DNA of 64,000 bases from Escherichia phage kaaroe. The DNA lies in sequence record MN850574.1; one strand, 5' to 3'. Positions 62,861-64,000 of the stretch are shown piece after piece. The notes beneath the pieces were generated by a model that saw only the letters and a list, made by a program, of their open reading frames with translations, made no database searches and was not told the DNA's origin. The position numbers and the translations under genes were made by a program. Within the stretch, counting starts at the first letter, position 1; each line of letters begins with the position of its first letter.

Positions 62861-63033
62861 TTGGATTTAAACAGTTTGTTGAAGAAAATAAACTCAAAGA
62901 AGATATGACCGCTGGCGATGCTGGCGGCAATCCTGAGAAGATCGCAGCAGGTGAAACGAGCGGATCTATTACCAATCGTGGACCTAGTGTAGCGGGTAAA
63001 GAAAAACGCAAAAAGGAGAAAGACGGTGCTTAG
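62857..63033 (+). CDS. small hydrophilic protein (58 aa)
   Basis: ATGA overlap with upstream gene; below track cutoff. Confidence 0.35.
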   Translation: MIGFKQFVEENKLKEDMTAGDAGGNPEKIAAGETSGSITNRGPSVAGKEKRKKEKDGA

Positions 63034-63040
63034 TATCATC

Positions 63041-63184
63041 ATGTTTATCGTTGGCTTGCTGTCCGCTATTATCGGTGTTGTTGTTTTCGGATTATCTGGA
63101 CACAAAACAAAAACAGAAAAGTTATCCGAGATCACAATGTATGTTGGTGTAGTTCTCATTCTGTTGTCGGTGGCGCTTAAATGA
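63041..63184 (+). CDS. small membrane protein (47 aa)
   Basis: Hydrophobic ORF; its stop overlaps next start (ATGA). Confidence 0.35.
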   Translation: MFIVGLLSAIIGVVVFGLSGHKTKTEKLSEITMYVGVVLILLSVALK

Positions 63185-63384
63185 TTACGATGAAATGTCT
63201 TAAAAGCACATATGCACTTTTTGAAGCCGGAAAAGAATATGAATTTACAGAACTTGATTCGGTAGGCCGTTTTCGTGTATTCTCTTACACATCGCCAGAT
63301 GGTAGTGTCTACAAATTTGGCTTAGATGAAAACGGAGAGAATGAAAATGAAAGTGTAGGAACTTTCATGAAATTTGAGCTATAA
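63181..63384 (+). CDS. hypothetical protein (67 aa)
   Basis: ORF with ATGA overlap. Confidence 0.45.
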   Translation: MITMKCLKSTYALFEAGKEYEFTELDSVGRFRVFSYTSPDGSVYKFGLDENGENENESVGTFMKFEL

Positions 63385-63393
63385 GAGGTTATT

Positions 63394-64000
63394 ATGATTT
63401 ACTACGCAGATTATGAAATAGCGGAAAAAGCCATATACGGCGAACGAAATTTTAAACGGTTGCATACTAGCTCATTTACGCTGGTCTGTAGTTGTCCGAT
63501 CTGCGGTGACTCAAAGAAAAATCATACTCAAGCGCGATTCCGTATCTATACCTATAAAGATAGTTTGCGTTGTGGTTGTTTCAACTGTAACTACAATCAG
63601 CCGTTAGGTGAATTTCTCAAACAGTATAAGCCGGACCTATTCAGGGAATGGCTTATGGAACGACGGAAGGAACAAGGCGACCACAAGAACACCACGTTCA
63701 AGCCACTGAAAAAGGTAGAAAAGCCGGAGATTAAGAAAGTGCAAACATTGCCTTTCTGCGAGAGATTAGATACTCTTCCGGCTAATCATCCTATAATAAA
63801 GTATGTCAGTGATCGTTGCATCCCTCACGATAAATGGGATCTTCTGTATTTCACGAGAGAATGGCAAAAGGTAGCAAATCACATTAAGGCTGATACTTTC
63901 AAGAATCCACAACCTGAACCGCGTTTAGTGATTCCTATCTTTAACCGAGAGAACAAGATAGAATCCATTCAGGGGCGAGCATTGAGAAAGGATTACGGAA
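63394..64000 (+). CDS. 61: DNA primase gp61, N-terminal part (continues beyond window end)
   Basis: Zinc ribbon CSCPICGDSKK...CFNCNYNQP, KPDLFREW, PRLVIPIF match remembered T4 gp61; no stop before 64000. Confidence 0.85.
   Translation, partial: MIYYADYEIAEKAIYGERNFKRLHTSSFTLVCSCPICGDSKKNHTQARFRIYTYKDSLRCGCFNCNYNQPLGEFLKQYKPDLFREWLMERRKEQGDHKNTTFKPLKKVEKPEIKKVQTLPFCERLDTLPANHPIIKYVSDRCIPHDKWDLLYFTREWQKVANHIKADTFKNPQPEPRLVIPIFNRENKIESIQGRALRKDYG

Overview
This window is a segment of a T4-like (Tevenvirinae-type) myophage genome. Calls rest on reading the six-frame translations against remembered T4 proteins and motifs; no database search was run. Left end, minus strand: the late baseplate operon gp53-gp5-(gp5.1-like)-PAAR-gp6-gp7-gp8, followed by an early-type cassette carrying a truncated DNA methyltransferase. 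Plus strand: gp4, gp2, gp3, gp1 (dNMP kinase), gp57A and an Acb1-like 57B. Then comes a hyperplastic early region of small ORFs, including about a dozen two-helix membrane miniproteins, an M15-peptidase endolysin, a GrcA-like glycyl-radical cofactor, a Pol-beta-fold nucleotidyltransferase, a secreted lytic transglycosylase, a TARG1/DarG-like macrodomain, thymidine kinase, an orphan gp38-like glycine-rich protein, Dam, NrdC and endonuclease VII. The replication/recombination block follows: NrdD, NrdG, glutaredoxin, a 489-aa P-loop NTPase, gp55, gp47, gp46, gp45, gp44, gp62, RegA, DNA polymerase gp43, UvsX, gp40, gp41 and the 5' part of primase gp61. No rRNA, tRNA, CRISPR array, intron or homing endonuclease was found. 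Twenty-two sigma70-type promoters (TTGACA-N16/17-TAtAAT) are annotated, many with an inverted repeat between -35 and -10 (PeSL-like), plus a few exact T4 late-promoter boxes (TATAAATA) and tetraloop terminators. The T4 hydroxymethylcytosine genes (42, beta-gt, alpha-gt) are absent from their syntenic positions while two DNA methyltransferases are present, so an RB49/phi1-like unmodified-cytosine lineage is inferred. The most interesting candidates for undescribed biology are the macrodomain, the GrcA copy, the nucleotidyltransferase, the membrane-miniprotein array, the orphan gp38-like gene and three tandem paralog arrays; none is proven.
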